Source: a virus. From it: a stretch of DNA of 53,650 nt. The position numbers were made by a program, and so were the translations under genes. A model generated the notes under the pieces. The model saw only the letters and a program-made list of their open reading frames with translations, was not told the DNA's origin and made no database searches. Shown here in pieces: positions 16,901-24,239 of this stretch. The stretch lies in the IMG/VR virus record IMGVR_UViG_3300005518_000005; one strand, written 5' to 3'. The stretch's first letter is position 1, and every line of letters begins with the position of its first letter.

Positions 16901-18871
16901 CGCGGTGATGAAGGAGAACGCACCCGCCTGATGACCGAGAGCCGCAAGCGGTTTGATCTGGCGATGCAGCATCAGGAGGCGCTGCTCACCGAGCAGAAGA
17001 AAGCCGCTGCCGCGGCCAAGCGTGCGGCTACGCGCGAGGCCAAGAAAACTGAGGGTCTGCCCGGCTTCGAGCCGGGGGACACCCTCGAAAAGTTCGGACC
17101 TCGGGGGATGAAAGGCAACGCTTGGGTGCTTCGCGAGAAGGCGACCGGCAAAGCCGTGATGGAGACGAGCGACCCTGCGAAGGTGCGCGCACTCAACACC
17201 GAGAAGTACGAGGCCGTGCCGATCGGGCAGCACCTTGCCGAAACCAACGCCGCGGCAGGCCGCGGCGGCGTCGAGATCCGCGAGGTGCCCGGCGGCTTCG
17301 ACGCCTACAAGGACGGCAAGAAGGTCGGCTACCTGCGCGACAACCTCGAGCGCGGGCAGGCCGAGCAGCTCGGCGAGAACGCGAGCGTCGACATCGTCAA
17401 GGTCGACAAGGACGTGCAGGGGACCGGCGTCGGTCGCGCGCTATACGAGGCGTTCAACGAGAAACACGGCGGCCGGATCATGCCCAGCGGCAAGACCGAG
17501 CCGCCCGCGTGGAAGCTGTGGAAGCGCAACTACCCGGAGAAGGTCGACATCTTCGTGAAGCAGGAGGCGCAGCGCATCCGCGCCGGCGCTGATCGTCAGC
17601 TCGTGCTCGGGAACATCAAGGATCCCGAGATCGCTCAACGCGTAGCCCAGGAGGCCGCAGATGGCACAAGTCAACGACAACGCAGTCAGCCCGGTGATGT
17701 ACGGCAAGGCGGTCAAGCCCAAGAAGGGGCGCAGCCCCGCCGTATCCTCGAAGCTCGTCAAGGCGAAGAAGGCGGCCAAGCGAAAAACGCCCCCGGCAGC
17801 GCAGCAGCTCGCGCTGCGGACCTAAACGACGAGGTTTTCAAGAAGGGCGACGCAGACTTTGAAGCTGCGGGCCCTGTCGTTGACGGTCTTCGTGTTCGTG
17901 ACTCGATCCCGAACACGGGCTCGATTCGATCTTCTTTCGAGAACTACGAAGTGCTGCCCGGCGTGCGCAAGGTTCCGCGTTCGGCTTTCAGCGCACCGCC
18001 TGCAAAGCCTTCGGCGCGCGTGCTCAAGCTCGCAGAGGAGATCCAGAGCAACGGGGAACTGAACCCTCTCATTGTCGTCGACGACGGGCACCCCGATGGG
18101 CTCTATGTTCTGGAAGGCGCGCATCGTTTCGACGCGCTCGACGCGCTCGGCAAGAAGGAATTCCCGGCCATTGTTGTGCGAGACCTCGACACTTTGTTGG
18201 AGCGCAAGGGCGGCGAGGCGTTCAAGCCGGTCGGCAGCGCCGAGGCGATGGAAGGCGTGCTGCGCGCGAAGTTCGGCGACAAGCTGATCCAGGGGCTGCT
18301 CGACCAAGGGCTGCTCAACATGATCGCCAAGGCCGACGACGTGCGCGAGGCGCCACCCACCGCGAAGGCGGTCTTCCGAGAAGGCCCGCGGCCCGGCGCG
18401 ACGATGTTCTTCGACAAGCTCACCGCCGAGGAGGCGCCCGGCGTGCTGATGCACGAGCTCGGCGAGCACTTCGGCATCCGCCGGCTGCTCGGCGACGACC
18501 GCTACCGCGTGATGTTGGGCGAGCTGCGCGACATCCGCAACGAGCCCGCGGTGCGCGAGGCATGGGATACGGTCAAGCGCAATTACAAGCTCGACGAAGA
18601 AGACCCGAATTTCCTGCGCGAGGTCGCGGCGCATCTTGTCGAGACGCAGCCGGATCTGCCGTTCGTGCGCCGGCTCGTCAACGAGATCCGCGCGTACTTC
18701 TACCAGCACTTCGGCACGACGATGGGCAACCGCGTGGATGCGAGCCTGATCCGCGGTCTCGCCGCCTCGGCGCTGCGCAGCGCGGCCAAGGGCGAGCTCA
18801 CGCGGCGGCCGATGCGCTTCGACCGAACCCCGATCCCTCAACGACCCGGCCCCCGGCCGATGCTGCAATGA
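13970..18871 (+). CDS. Giant virion-associated polyvalent ORF (1633 aa) with a GNAT-like segment and a ParB/Srx-like domain
   Basis: The frame is uninterrupted. VDIVKVDKDVQGTGVGRALYEAF resembles GNAT motif A (QxxGxG). NPLIVVDDGHPDGLYVLEGAHRFDAL resembles a ParB N-terminal domain. Two linker stretches have poor GC3 in this frame (see the nested ORFs). Confidence 0.7.
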   Translation: MGWQDAPVVEDTPPAAKRPAWMDAPEVSSASGLNEPQDTGAAAIPVSATQTYGQAQRARAATAAPPPPPATFGDKIVGAIDAGLNIVRQMSPVNVVRGVVTGKMTPSEEVVAHTGTALTTGALGMAGGFLGGVAGNVAARAGGAPTPAPGADIGIEQAATEGAEKLTYAPRSPEAQRTVEQYVTPVMQAAAPLMGHMGEVGAIHTMTGAAKTKAGGTVPMLRDTAAEIVPGVRDTAQVAADLARERKMNAPENQGIVNAIDAGYKVTQKAGRGAKPAQIVETMAGRARTAQEMAAHNAENTAKLARQDIGVPDDTALTPEVTNEVREEAGKAYNVLDQVGRVDLDDQFRADVQRVAEPFIKGGEDFKTLAENPIIQEAQNLAVDSADTKSITAVVRNLRNEANKAFRADDKQLATSYRALAEATDNAMSRALDRVEQADPGRLPEGAMDAYRAARVRIAKSYLLDDAMNGKPGEVDAKVYGRALRKNVPLSGPGRQIGEFANQFGEEGLAKKKGRSGEVGPTYHDIVLAALHAARGGLEAVATAGARPVARAILGSELVQRRLRARAAGELPAREPVAPPAVPPEPTTSPGAAPEPPEGGGGGGTPPSPLGDLTPDWETTGLVRPLDEAPPTTGSRRAPLEIPAVPGRPDLPDTMVVGRPGEVAASEAANAAMGEPGAVAARRAQEAPPPNPKLAEVERLKASTQSPAVRKALDEHAAALKAEDAQREAARQRVADAAELDRTASNTLDPELRKRLRAQADKLRGEKPEAGGKATEGQPEIKTEKPGKIPVGKATELAVERIEPEGDLPVGEATELPVEYVEPKGWRESFKLGEGDAQRAHRVAAALAKDADAVEAAARQHENSPRAFDRAIDQILEKTDENASGRAAQGGEGAGAGRPGAEAGAEHQRGAAAPAAGERAGAERAAAPRAERGATEPAGGQAAGGAKADAGVDHRAHMGAQLRASNKLRAMAEEARARGDEGERTRLMTESRKRFDLAMQHQEALLTEQKKAAAAAKRAATREAKKTEGLPGFEPGDTLEKFGPRGMKGNAWVLREKATGKAVMETSDPAKVRALNTEKYEAVPIGQHLAETNAAAGRGGVEIREVPGGFDAYKDGKKVGYLRDNLERGQAEQLGENASVDIVKVDKDVQGTGVGRALYEAFNEKHGGRIMPSGKTEPPAWKLWKRNYPEKVDIFVKQEAQRIRAGADRQLVLGNIKDPEIAQRVAQEAADGTSQRQRSQPGDVRQGGQAQEGAQPRRILEARQGEEGGQAKNAPGSAAARAADLNDEVFKKGDADFEAAGPVVDGLRVRDSIPNTGSIRSSFENYEVLPGVRKVPRSAFSAPPAKPSARVLKLAEEIQSNGELNPLIVVDDGHPDGLYVLEGAHRFDALDALGKKEFPAIVVRDLDTLLERKGGEAFKPVGSAEAMEGVLRAKFGDKLIQGLLDQGLLNMIAKADDVREAPPTAKAVFREGPRPGATMFFDKLTAEEAPGVLMHELGEHFGIRRLLGDDRYRVMLGELRDIRNEPAVREAWDTVKRNYKLDEEDPNFLREVAAHLVETQPDLPFVRRLVNEIRAYFYQHFGTTMGNRVDASLIRGLAASALRSAAKGELTRRPMRFDRTPIPQRPGPRPMLQ
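16608..16826 (+). CDS. Nested +1-frame ORF (72 aa) inside a linker of the giant ORF
   Basis: GGAG at 16597-16600 lies 7 nt before the ATG. GC3 is clearly better than in the host frame over the same bases. Ends with TAG, 14 nt before an in-frame ATG (16841) of the host frame. Confidence 0.45.
   Translation: MRMRAGALLKAAKALVPGGPAQKQAPNTSAVQQLQPLANAPGPNALQRPEPNAVQPSLPADKRQVARKPMLG
17661..17825 (+). CDS. Nested +1-frame ORF (54 aa, very basic, KAKKAAKRK) inside a linker of the giant ORF
   Basis: AGGAGG lies 6 nt before the ATG. The product is MAQVNDNAVSPVMYGKAVKPKKGRSPAVSSKLVKAKKAAKRKTPPAAQQLALRT*. High GC3, while the host frame here is AT3-rich. Not in the track because it is under 60 aa. Confidence 0.45.
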   Translation: MAQVNDNAVSPVMYGKAVKPKKGRSPAVSSKLVKAKKAAKRKTPPAAQQLALRT

Positions 18872-19230
18872 GCCGTGGAGACTCTGAAATGGAAGACTCG
18901 GGGCCGATGCCCCTTTCTCGCCGAGCGTCCGATCATCGCGGAGTCCACAAGTGGTTTCGCTTTGATCCGACGCTATCGACCGGTGCATTGCTGCAGACGG
19001 CGACGATTCTCGTCAGCGTGGGCACCTTCTACGGCGCGTACGTGCGCGACCAAACACAAGTGCGCGCCGACGTCACGCAGATCCAAGAAATCCAGAAGCG
19101 CGACCGCGCCGACGTGGAGAAGGTCGCCGAGCGACTCGGTGGGGATCTGAAAGAAATCAAGAACGACGTCAAGGAGGTGGGGCTCAAACTCGCCGAGATC
19201 CGCGGCCAACAGCAAGGTAGCAAGAAATGA
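18868..19230 (+). CDS. Membrane-anchored coiled-coil protein (i-spanin- or holin-associated type, hypothetical)
   Basis: ATGA overlap with the giant ORF stop. One TM segment (ALLQTATILVSVGTFYGAYV) is followed by a charged coiled-coil-like tail. Confidence 0.65.
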   Translation: MSRGDSEMEDSGPMPLSRRASDHRGVHKWFRFDPTLSTGALLQTATILVSVGTFYGAYVRDQTQVRADVTQIQEIQKRDRADVEKVAERLGGDLKEIKNDVKEVGLKLAEIRGQQQGSKK

Positions 19231-20645
19231 AACGCATCATCGCTTTCGCCGTCATGTGCCTGCTCGCGGGCGCGGCTCAGGCCGACACGACCTCGACGCC
19301 GATCAAGCTCGGCACCTACACGCTGATCCGCAGCGCGACCACCGTACAGACCGGGTTTGCGACGATCGATCTGTGCTACGCCGCCGGGGCCGTGGATGCC
19401 GAGGCGCGCAAGGCCAGCGCCAACTACCGCTGCCGGCAGGACTCGCAGTTCTCGGTGACCTACACCGCCCCGGTGCCGATCCCGCCGAACCCGTTCCCGA
19501 ACGGCGAGACGCAAACGGTACAGTGTGTCTCGCCCCAGACCGGAAGCTGGACGCAGACGCGGACCTACACTTGGAACGGCACCGCCTGGGTGGCGGGTGC
19601 GTGGACACCGACATCGGCCCCGGCCGGCGCCTGCACGACGCCGCCTCCGCCCACGGCCTGCGGCCCGACCAATCTGGCGGTCAAGATCGATTGCGCGAAG
19701 ATGCCGACCGCGACGTGGCAAGGCTGGGACAAGCCGATGTTCACGACGAACACGGTGTATCCCTCGGCGGGCGATGGCTCCGGCGCGTTCCGCACGACAT
19801 GCAAGTGGTCGCACATGGCGTTCGATGACCCTCTCGTTTACCCGAATCAGCCCGGCGCCTCGCACTTGCATACGTTCTTCGGCAACACGTTGACCAACGC
19901 CGCGTCGACCACCGCGTCGATCAGCGCCACCGGCAACAGCACGTGCAACGGCGGCACGATCAATCGCACGGGCTACTGGGTCCCGACGATGATCGACACG
20001 TTGGACGGTCGGCCGATCGGCGCGAACAACGATCAGTACGTCGGATCGCAGTTCTACTACAAGACCGGCTACACGCTGCCCGTGGCGCTGATCAAGCCGG
20101 CCCCGGCGGGGCTGCGCATGATCACGGGGGACTCGAAGGGCAATCCGACGAACCCGAGCCGGGTCGCCTCGTACCGCTGCATCAAGAACGGCGGCGCGAC
20201 GCAGGCCGACATCGGCAACGCGCAGAGCACGATCCCCTACTGCCAAGTGTCGGGCTACACCGTGATGCGTATGTCGATCACGTTCCCGCAGTGCTGGGAC
20301 GGTGTGAACCTCGACAGCCCGGATCACAAGAGCCACATGGCGAGCGCGGTCTACACGACCGGCAACCAACTCGGCTACTGCCCGACGACGCATCCGGTCG
20401 CGATCCCCGAGATCAGCTTCGAGGTCGAGTATCCCGTGCGCTCGACCGACGACACGCGGCGCTGGCGGTTGGCGAGCGACAACTACGACGTGACTCAGCC
20501 GGCGGGCTATTCGAGTCACGGGGATTGGATGATGGGGTGGGACGCTACGATCATGCAGACCTTCGTGTCAAAATGTCTCAACACCGCGAAAAACTGTGGA
20601 TCGACGCTGATTGGCGACGGTCGCGAGATGGTCGTGGTGCCCTGA
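19227..20645 (+). CDS. Secreted protein with a DUF1996-like core
   Basis: Sec-type signal peptide MKRIIAFAVMCLLAGAAQA/D. Motifs DDPLVYPNQPGASHLHTFFGN and STCNGGTINRTGYWVP match my recollection of DUF1996. Confidence 0.7.
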   Translation: MKRIIAFAVMCLLAGAAQADTTSTPIKLGTYTLIRSATTVQTGFATIDLCYAAGAVDAEARKASANYRCRQDSQFSVTYTAPVPIPPNPFPNGETQTVQCVSPQTGSWTQTRTYTWNGTAWVAGAWTPTSAPAGACTTPPPPTACGPTNLAVKIDCAKMPTATWQGWDKPMFTTNTVYPSAGDGSGAFRTTCKWSHMAFDDPLVYPNQPGASHLHTFFGNTLTNAASTTASISATGNSTCNGGTINRTGYWVPTMIDTLDGRPIGANNDQYVGSQFYYKTGYTLPVALIKPAPAGLRMITGDSKGNPTNPSRVASYRCIKNGGATQADIGNAQSTIPYCQVSGYTVMRMSITFPQCWDGVNLDSPDHKSHMASAVYTTGNQLGYCPTTHPVAIPEISFEVEYPVRSTDDTRRWRLASDNYDVTQPAGYSSHGDWMMGWDATIMQTFVSKCLNTAKNCGSTLIGDGREMVVVP

Positions 20646-20670
20646 CGTTCCAACTTTGAAAGGCCGCCTG

Positions 20671-20811
20671 ATGCACCCGAATCCCCACCCCGAAGCGCCG
20701 GAAGTCCCCGAGACTCCCGTGCCGGAAACTCCCGCACCAGAGACCCCGGCCCCGCCTCCCGCAGTCGATCCGAACCTCGCGGGCGGTCCCGGTGAAGAAG
20801 GCGGCGGCTGA
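20671..20811 (+). CDS. Small Pro/Glu-rich ORF (46 aa), uncertain
   Basis: GAAAGG upstream of the ATG. PEAPEVPETPVPETPAPETPAPPP repeats. It overlaps the next gene start. Confidence 0.35.
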   Translation: MHPNPHPEAPEVPETPVPETPAPETPAPPPAVDPNLAGGPGEEGGG

Positions 20812-21205
20812 CTTTTTCCTGCCGTCGCTCCTGCTGCTGATCGTCGTCCTGGCACATGCGTCCTACGACGTGATCGGCAGCTTCTACCCCGATCCGGTTG
20901 CGGCCGGGAAGGCATGGGCCTACGTGCTCCGAGGGTTCGAGTCGACGCTGCTCTACCTGATCGTGTGGCTTCTGCTCCCGTGGGAGCCGATCAGCGTGCG
21001 CATCGCCGGCAGTGTCGTGTGCGCCTGGGGCGCGCTGGAGTCGTTTCAAATTTCCGCGTGTCGGTTACAGTTCCCGATGGGGCAACCGCCACCGAGCGTG
21101 AAGCCCTTCACCGGCCTGTGCGATGCGGTGACGGGGCTGCCGGTCTACATGATGACGATCACGATCGTGCTGCTGATCTCCTTCTTGCGTCAGCCACGGG
21201 ATTGA
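20792..21205 (+). CDS. Multi-pass membrane protein (holin candidate)
   Basis: GTG start. 137 aa with about 4 hydrophobic segments. Lies upstream of the endolysin. Confidence 0.6.
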   Translation: MKKAAADFFLPSLLLLIVVLAHASYDVIGSFYPDPVAAGKAWAYVLRGFESTLLYLIVWLLLPWEPISVRIAGSVVCAWGALESFQISACRLQFPMGQPPPSVKPFTGLCDAVTGLPVYMMTITIVLLISFLRQPRD

Positions 21206-21210
21206 GCCTC

Positions 21211-21486
21211 ATGAGCGACATGCTGTACTTTAAGAACCGGCGCATGGTCGCGAAAATTGGAGACATCACCTTCGAGATGTCGACTTTGCCGCCGCTTGAC
21301 CCTGTGCCGAGCAACACGACCGAGGTCTATTTCTACCCTCACCTGAGCGAGTACCAATTGCGCGAGAACGCCCATCAGCCGCGCGAGATGCGCGCACCGG
21401 AGATCGACGCCGTGTTCAAGTTCCTCGGCTCGATCGCCGCCTTCGGCCGCGGTCTGTTCAACCGGGAGGCAAGCCGTGACGCCTGA
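21211..21486 (+). CDS. Hypothetical protein (91 aa)
   Basis: ATG 21211 lies after the upstream stop at 21203-21205. This is the protein-like portion of track ORF 20914..21486. Confidence 0.6.
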   Translation: MSDMLYFKNRRMVAKIGDITFEMSTLPPLDPVPSNTTEVYFYPHLSEYQLRENAHQPREMRAPEIDAVFKFLGSIAAFGRGLFNREASRDA

Positions 21487-21964
21487 CGACGCTCTCACCC
21501 TGGCGATCGAGCCGGCGCTCGTGCTGTTGCCGAAGGCCATGGATTCGGTCCCGGCGCGCGCATTGCTGCTCGCGATCGGCTTGCAGGAATCGCGGCTCGA
21601 GTTCCGACGCCAGCACGGCGACGGGCCGGCGCGCGGCCTGTGGCAGTTCGAGCAGGGTGGCGGCGTCAAGGGCGTCTACGAGCACGACGCCAGCGCACTC
21701 TGGACACGAGCGCTCTGCAACGCGCGCAATACCTCCTGGGAGATCTCGTCGATCTGGGCTGCGCTCGAATACGACGATGTGCTCGCCGCCGGCTGCGCGC
21801 GGCTGCTGCTGTTCACCGACCCCAAGCCTCTGCCGACGCTCGACGACCCGGGCGGCGCCTGGGACTACTACGTGCGCAATTGGAGACCGGGCAAGCCCCA
21901 CCCCGCCACCTGGGCGGCCAACCATGCCGCGGCGGTTTCCGCGGCGATAGGAGAGCAACTGTGA
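21476..21964 (+). CDS. Endolysin, lytic transglycosylase (SLT-like)
   Basis: GTG with GGGAGG 7 nt upstream. Contains ..AIGLQESRLEFRRQHGDGPARGLWQFEQ.. (catalytic E-S followed by GLWQ). Confidence 0.75.
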   Translation: MTPDDALTLAIEPALVLLPKAMDSVPARALLLAIGLQESRLEFRRQHGDGPARGLWQFEQGGGVKGVYEHDASALWTRALCNARNTSWEISSIWAALEYDDVLAAGCARLLLFTDPKPLPTLDDPGGAWDYYVRNWRPGKPHPATWAANHAAAVSAAIGEQL

Positions 21965-22152
21965 ACAGCGCGATCCCCACCAACAAGGTCCAGGCCGGCA
22001 TACTCGCCGGAGCGCTGGCCGCGATAGCCGCCTGGGCGTTGAAGACCTGGGGGCATACGGAGATGCCCGCCGAGGTCGGCGTGGCCCTCTCAACAGCCAT
22101 CACGTTCGTCGTGCAGTACTTCGTCCCCGACTCCAAAGGAGATGCAGCATGA
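21961..22152 (+). CDS. Small two-TM membrane protein (holin/antiholin candidate)
   Basis: GTGA overlap with the endolysin stop. 63 aa with two hydrophobic helices. Confidence 0.6.
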   Translation: MNSAIPTNKVQAGILAGALAAIAAWALKTWGHTEMPAEVGVALSTAITFVVQYFVPDSKGDAA

Positions 22153-22529
22153 AGCGCTTCGGTCATCTGGTTTTCGTGGCGGTGCTGGCCGCGTGCGCGC
22201 AGCTCGGCACGCCGCCCGTCGACACGTTCAACAAGCGTGTGGCCGTGGCCTACGCCACCGTGCAGACGGTCGCCGAGGGCGCGACGGCGGCGTACACCGC
22301 CGGCAAGCTCAGTGATTCCGACCGCACGAACGTGGTGACGACCGGCCGCGCCGCGGTGCAGGGGATCATGGTGGCGCAGACCTTGCATCTGCAAGCGTGC
22401 CCGCTGCGCCCCCAGATCGAGACGCCTGACCCGGCGTGCACGGCCCCGGCGGCCGACGCCAAGCTCACCGCCACGCTCGCCGTGCTCTCGGCGCTGCAGG
22501 CGTATCTCGCCACCCAAGGAGTGAAGTGA
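22149..22529 (+). CDS. Lipoprotein (spanin-type candidate)
   Basis: ATGA overlap. Lipobox VLAAC at residues 12-16. 126 aa. Confidence 0.65.
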   Translation: MKRFGHLVFVAVLAACAQLGTPPVDTFNKRVAVAYATVQTVAEGATAAYTAGKLSDSDRTNVVTTGRAAVQGIMVAQTLHLQACPLRPQIETPDPACTAPAADAKLTATLAVLSALQAYLATQGVK

Positions 22530-22723
22530 TGGGACCGAATGCTGCTCTTGTTCTCGAACTCATGATCACAGCGCTGCAGCACGTGACCGAGTTGAATCAG
22601 CTTCTGAACGTCGCCCAGGCTCAGGGCCGCGACGTGTCGGACGACGAGCTCGTGCTCGCACAATCGAAGGCAACCTCGGCACTCGACGCGCTGGCCGCTG
22701 CGCAGCGCCCGCCGGCGGTCTGA
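22529..22723 (+). CDS. Small helical hypothetical protein (64 aa)
   Basis: TGATG overlap with the upstream stop. Last gene before the terminator. Confidence 0.55.
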   Translation: MGPNAALVLELMITALQHVTELNQLLNVAQAQGRDVSDDELVLAQSKATSALDALAAAQRPPAV

Positions 22724-22742
22724 GTCGTGCCACCAAGAGAAG

Positions 22743-22764
22743 GCCGCCCTCGGGGCGGCTTTTT
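22743..22764 (+). terminator. Rho-independent terminator at the convergence of the plus-strand late block and the minus-strand block
   Basis: GCCGCCC tcg GGGCGGC followed by TTTTT. The T-run abuts the stop of the minus-strand gene 22764..22943. Confidence 0.75.
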
Positions 22765-22943
22765 CATTTCTTCCGCAGGCCCTTGAGGGTCTGGGCGAGA
22801 CGCGCACGTTGACCTAGTTTTCCCGGTGCTTTCGCTGCTGCAGCAAGCTTCTGTTGTGGTATCTTCTTGCCTGCCGGAACGTCAAGTTCGGCTCTCAAGG
22901 CTCCGGGCTTTTTTATGGCGCCTTTAATCCAATTACCAGCCAT
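22764..22943 (-). CDS. Small basic protein (IKKPGALR.. type), hypothetical
   Basis: ATG 22943 with AGGAG upstream. The product is MAGNWIKGAIKKPGALRAELDVPAGKKIPQQKLAAAAKAPGKLGQRARLAQTLKGLRKK. Family assignment not verified. Confidence 0.6.
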   Translation of the reverse strand: MAGNWIKGAIKKPGALRAELDVPAGKKIPQQKLAAAAKAPGKLGQRARLAQTLKGLRKK

Positions 22944-23538
22944 GATGAAGCTCCTGTGCAAGTGCGGTTGCGGCGAATCTCCGAGATACCCCGGAGCGGC
23001 CTTTGTTCACGGGCATCATCTTAGGCTACCGGAGTACCAACGTAAACCGGGGCCGATAGCTTCCAAGACATGTCCTCGGTGCGCTGTTGAATTCAAACCG
23101 CCTCGAGAGAGGCCGCGCACGATGTTTTGCTCAGACGTGTGTGCCCGAAAGAACCAGACCGACCAAGGGACGGTGCTTCTAAACTGCGGCTTCTGCGCTG
23201 CGGCCTTTCGCATCTCCAAGCACCGAGCCAAAGATCGCCAAATACACCATTGCTCTGACGAGTGCCGGCGCGCTTCGGACATAGCGCGATACCGTGAAGG
23301 CATCGGCGCGTGGAACAACATCGCCGAGCAGCTAAAGCAGGACCGAGGCAACCGGTGCGAAGACTGCGGCTACGCAAAGCACGCTGCCATCCTCATTGCT
23401 CATCACTTGGACGGTGTGCACGGCATCAACAATCATCCGTCCAACTTACGTGTACTCTGCCCGACGTGTCACGCGGAACATCACTTAGCCCTAGGGAATC
23501 TGCGCCTCGGGCCTACAGCGCGTGCGCGCCGCATTTAA
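22942..23538 (+). CDS. HNH homing-type endonuclease with Cys-rich N-terminal region
   Basis: C-terminal CEDCGYAKHAAILIAHHLDGVHGINNHPSNLRVLCPTCHAEHH matches an HNH motif. Lower-GC island. Lone plus-strand gene among minus-strand genes. Confidence 0.75.
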   Translation: MMKLLCKCGCGESPRYPGAAFVHGHHLRLPEYQRKPGPIASKTCPRCAVEFKPPRERPRTMFCSDVCARKNQTDQGTVLLNCGFCAAAFRISKHRAKDRQIHHCSDECRRASDIARYREGIGAWNNIAEQLKQDRGNRCEDCGYAKHAAILIAHHLDGVHGINNHPSNLRVLCPTCHAEHHLALGNLRLGPTARARRI

Positions 23539-24239
23539 CCAGCGCGCACCGCCCGCCACTCAGCGTCGAACGAGCCGCCCTGCCAGCCGGGCAGCCACGG
23601 GCCACCGAGCGTCATGTGGGCGATGTGCATGGGCTGCGGCCGGGGCTGCACGTCCACGAGCCAGTTCCAACCCGGCTCAAGCGAGCCGATCTCGTCGTCA
23701 TGCAGCCAGTAGAAGCTTTGCAGCTCCCAAGCCGTGCGCTCGTTCACGTCGCGCAGGCTCAGGCGCCGATTCGCCGGGTGGTCGCAGTTGAACAGCATGA
23801 CGCTGCTCCAGTTCTTGCGCGGGTACGAGGTCTGCTGCTGGTCGACCATCTTCCGGCTCTCGACCGGCGTGTACGAGTGCTGCACGACCGACACCGCGGG
23901 GGCCGCCGTCAGAAAATCGGGGCCGATGAGCTCGCGCGGGTCGGAGTAGAACAGCATGTCCGCATCGACGAACATCGCCGGTCCCTCCTGCGCGAGCAGC
24001 GGCGTGAGGAATCGCGTGTACTTGAATGCGGTGCTGAACGTCTCGTTGCCGGTGAGGTCGTAGCCCTGACTGCTGCGCTTGTCCTGCGTGCGCCAGAAGA
24101 GGCCAGCGGCGCGCAGCCGCTCCTCGACGAGCAGCGTCGGCTCGAGGTCCGGTGCAACACGACGCAGCGACTTGATCGCGGCCACGACCGCGTCATAGTC
24201 CTTGGCGTCATAGCCGATGAAAATGCGGAAGGCGCTCAC
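23535..24239 (-). CDS. Glycosyltransferase, GT8-like (DxD)
   Basis: GTG 24239 overlaps the upstream TGA (GTGA). Contains ..AMFVDADMLFYSD.. (DxD). 234 aa. Confidence 0.6.
   Translation of the reverse strand: MSAFRIFIGYDAKDYDAVVAAIKSLRRVAPDLEPTLLVEERLRAAGLFWRTQDKRSSQGYDLTGNETFSTAFKYTRFLTPLLAQEGPAMFVDADMLFYSDPRELIGPDFLTAAPAVSVVQHSYTPVESRKMVDQQQTSYPRKNWSSVMLFNCDHPANRRLSLRDVNERTAWELQSFYWLHDDEIGSLEPGWNWLVDVQPRPQPMHIAHMTLGGPWLPGWQGGSFDAEWRAVRAG

Noticed and set aside
18452-18469. Zinc-metalloprotease HExxH motif in the giant ORF (MHELGEHF).
   Set aside because: The spacing is H-E-x-x-x-H, not H-E-x-x-H, so the zincin signature is not met.
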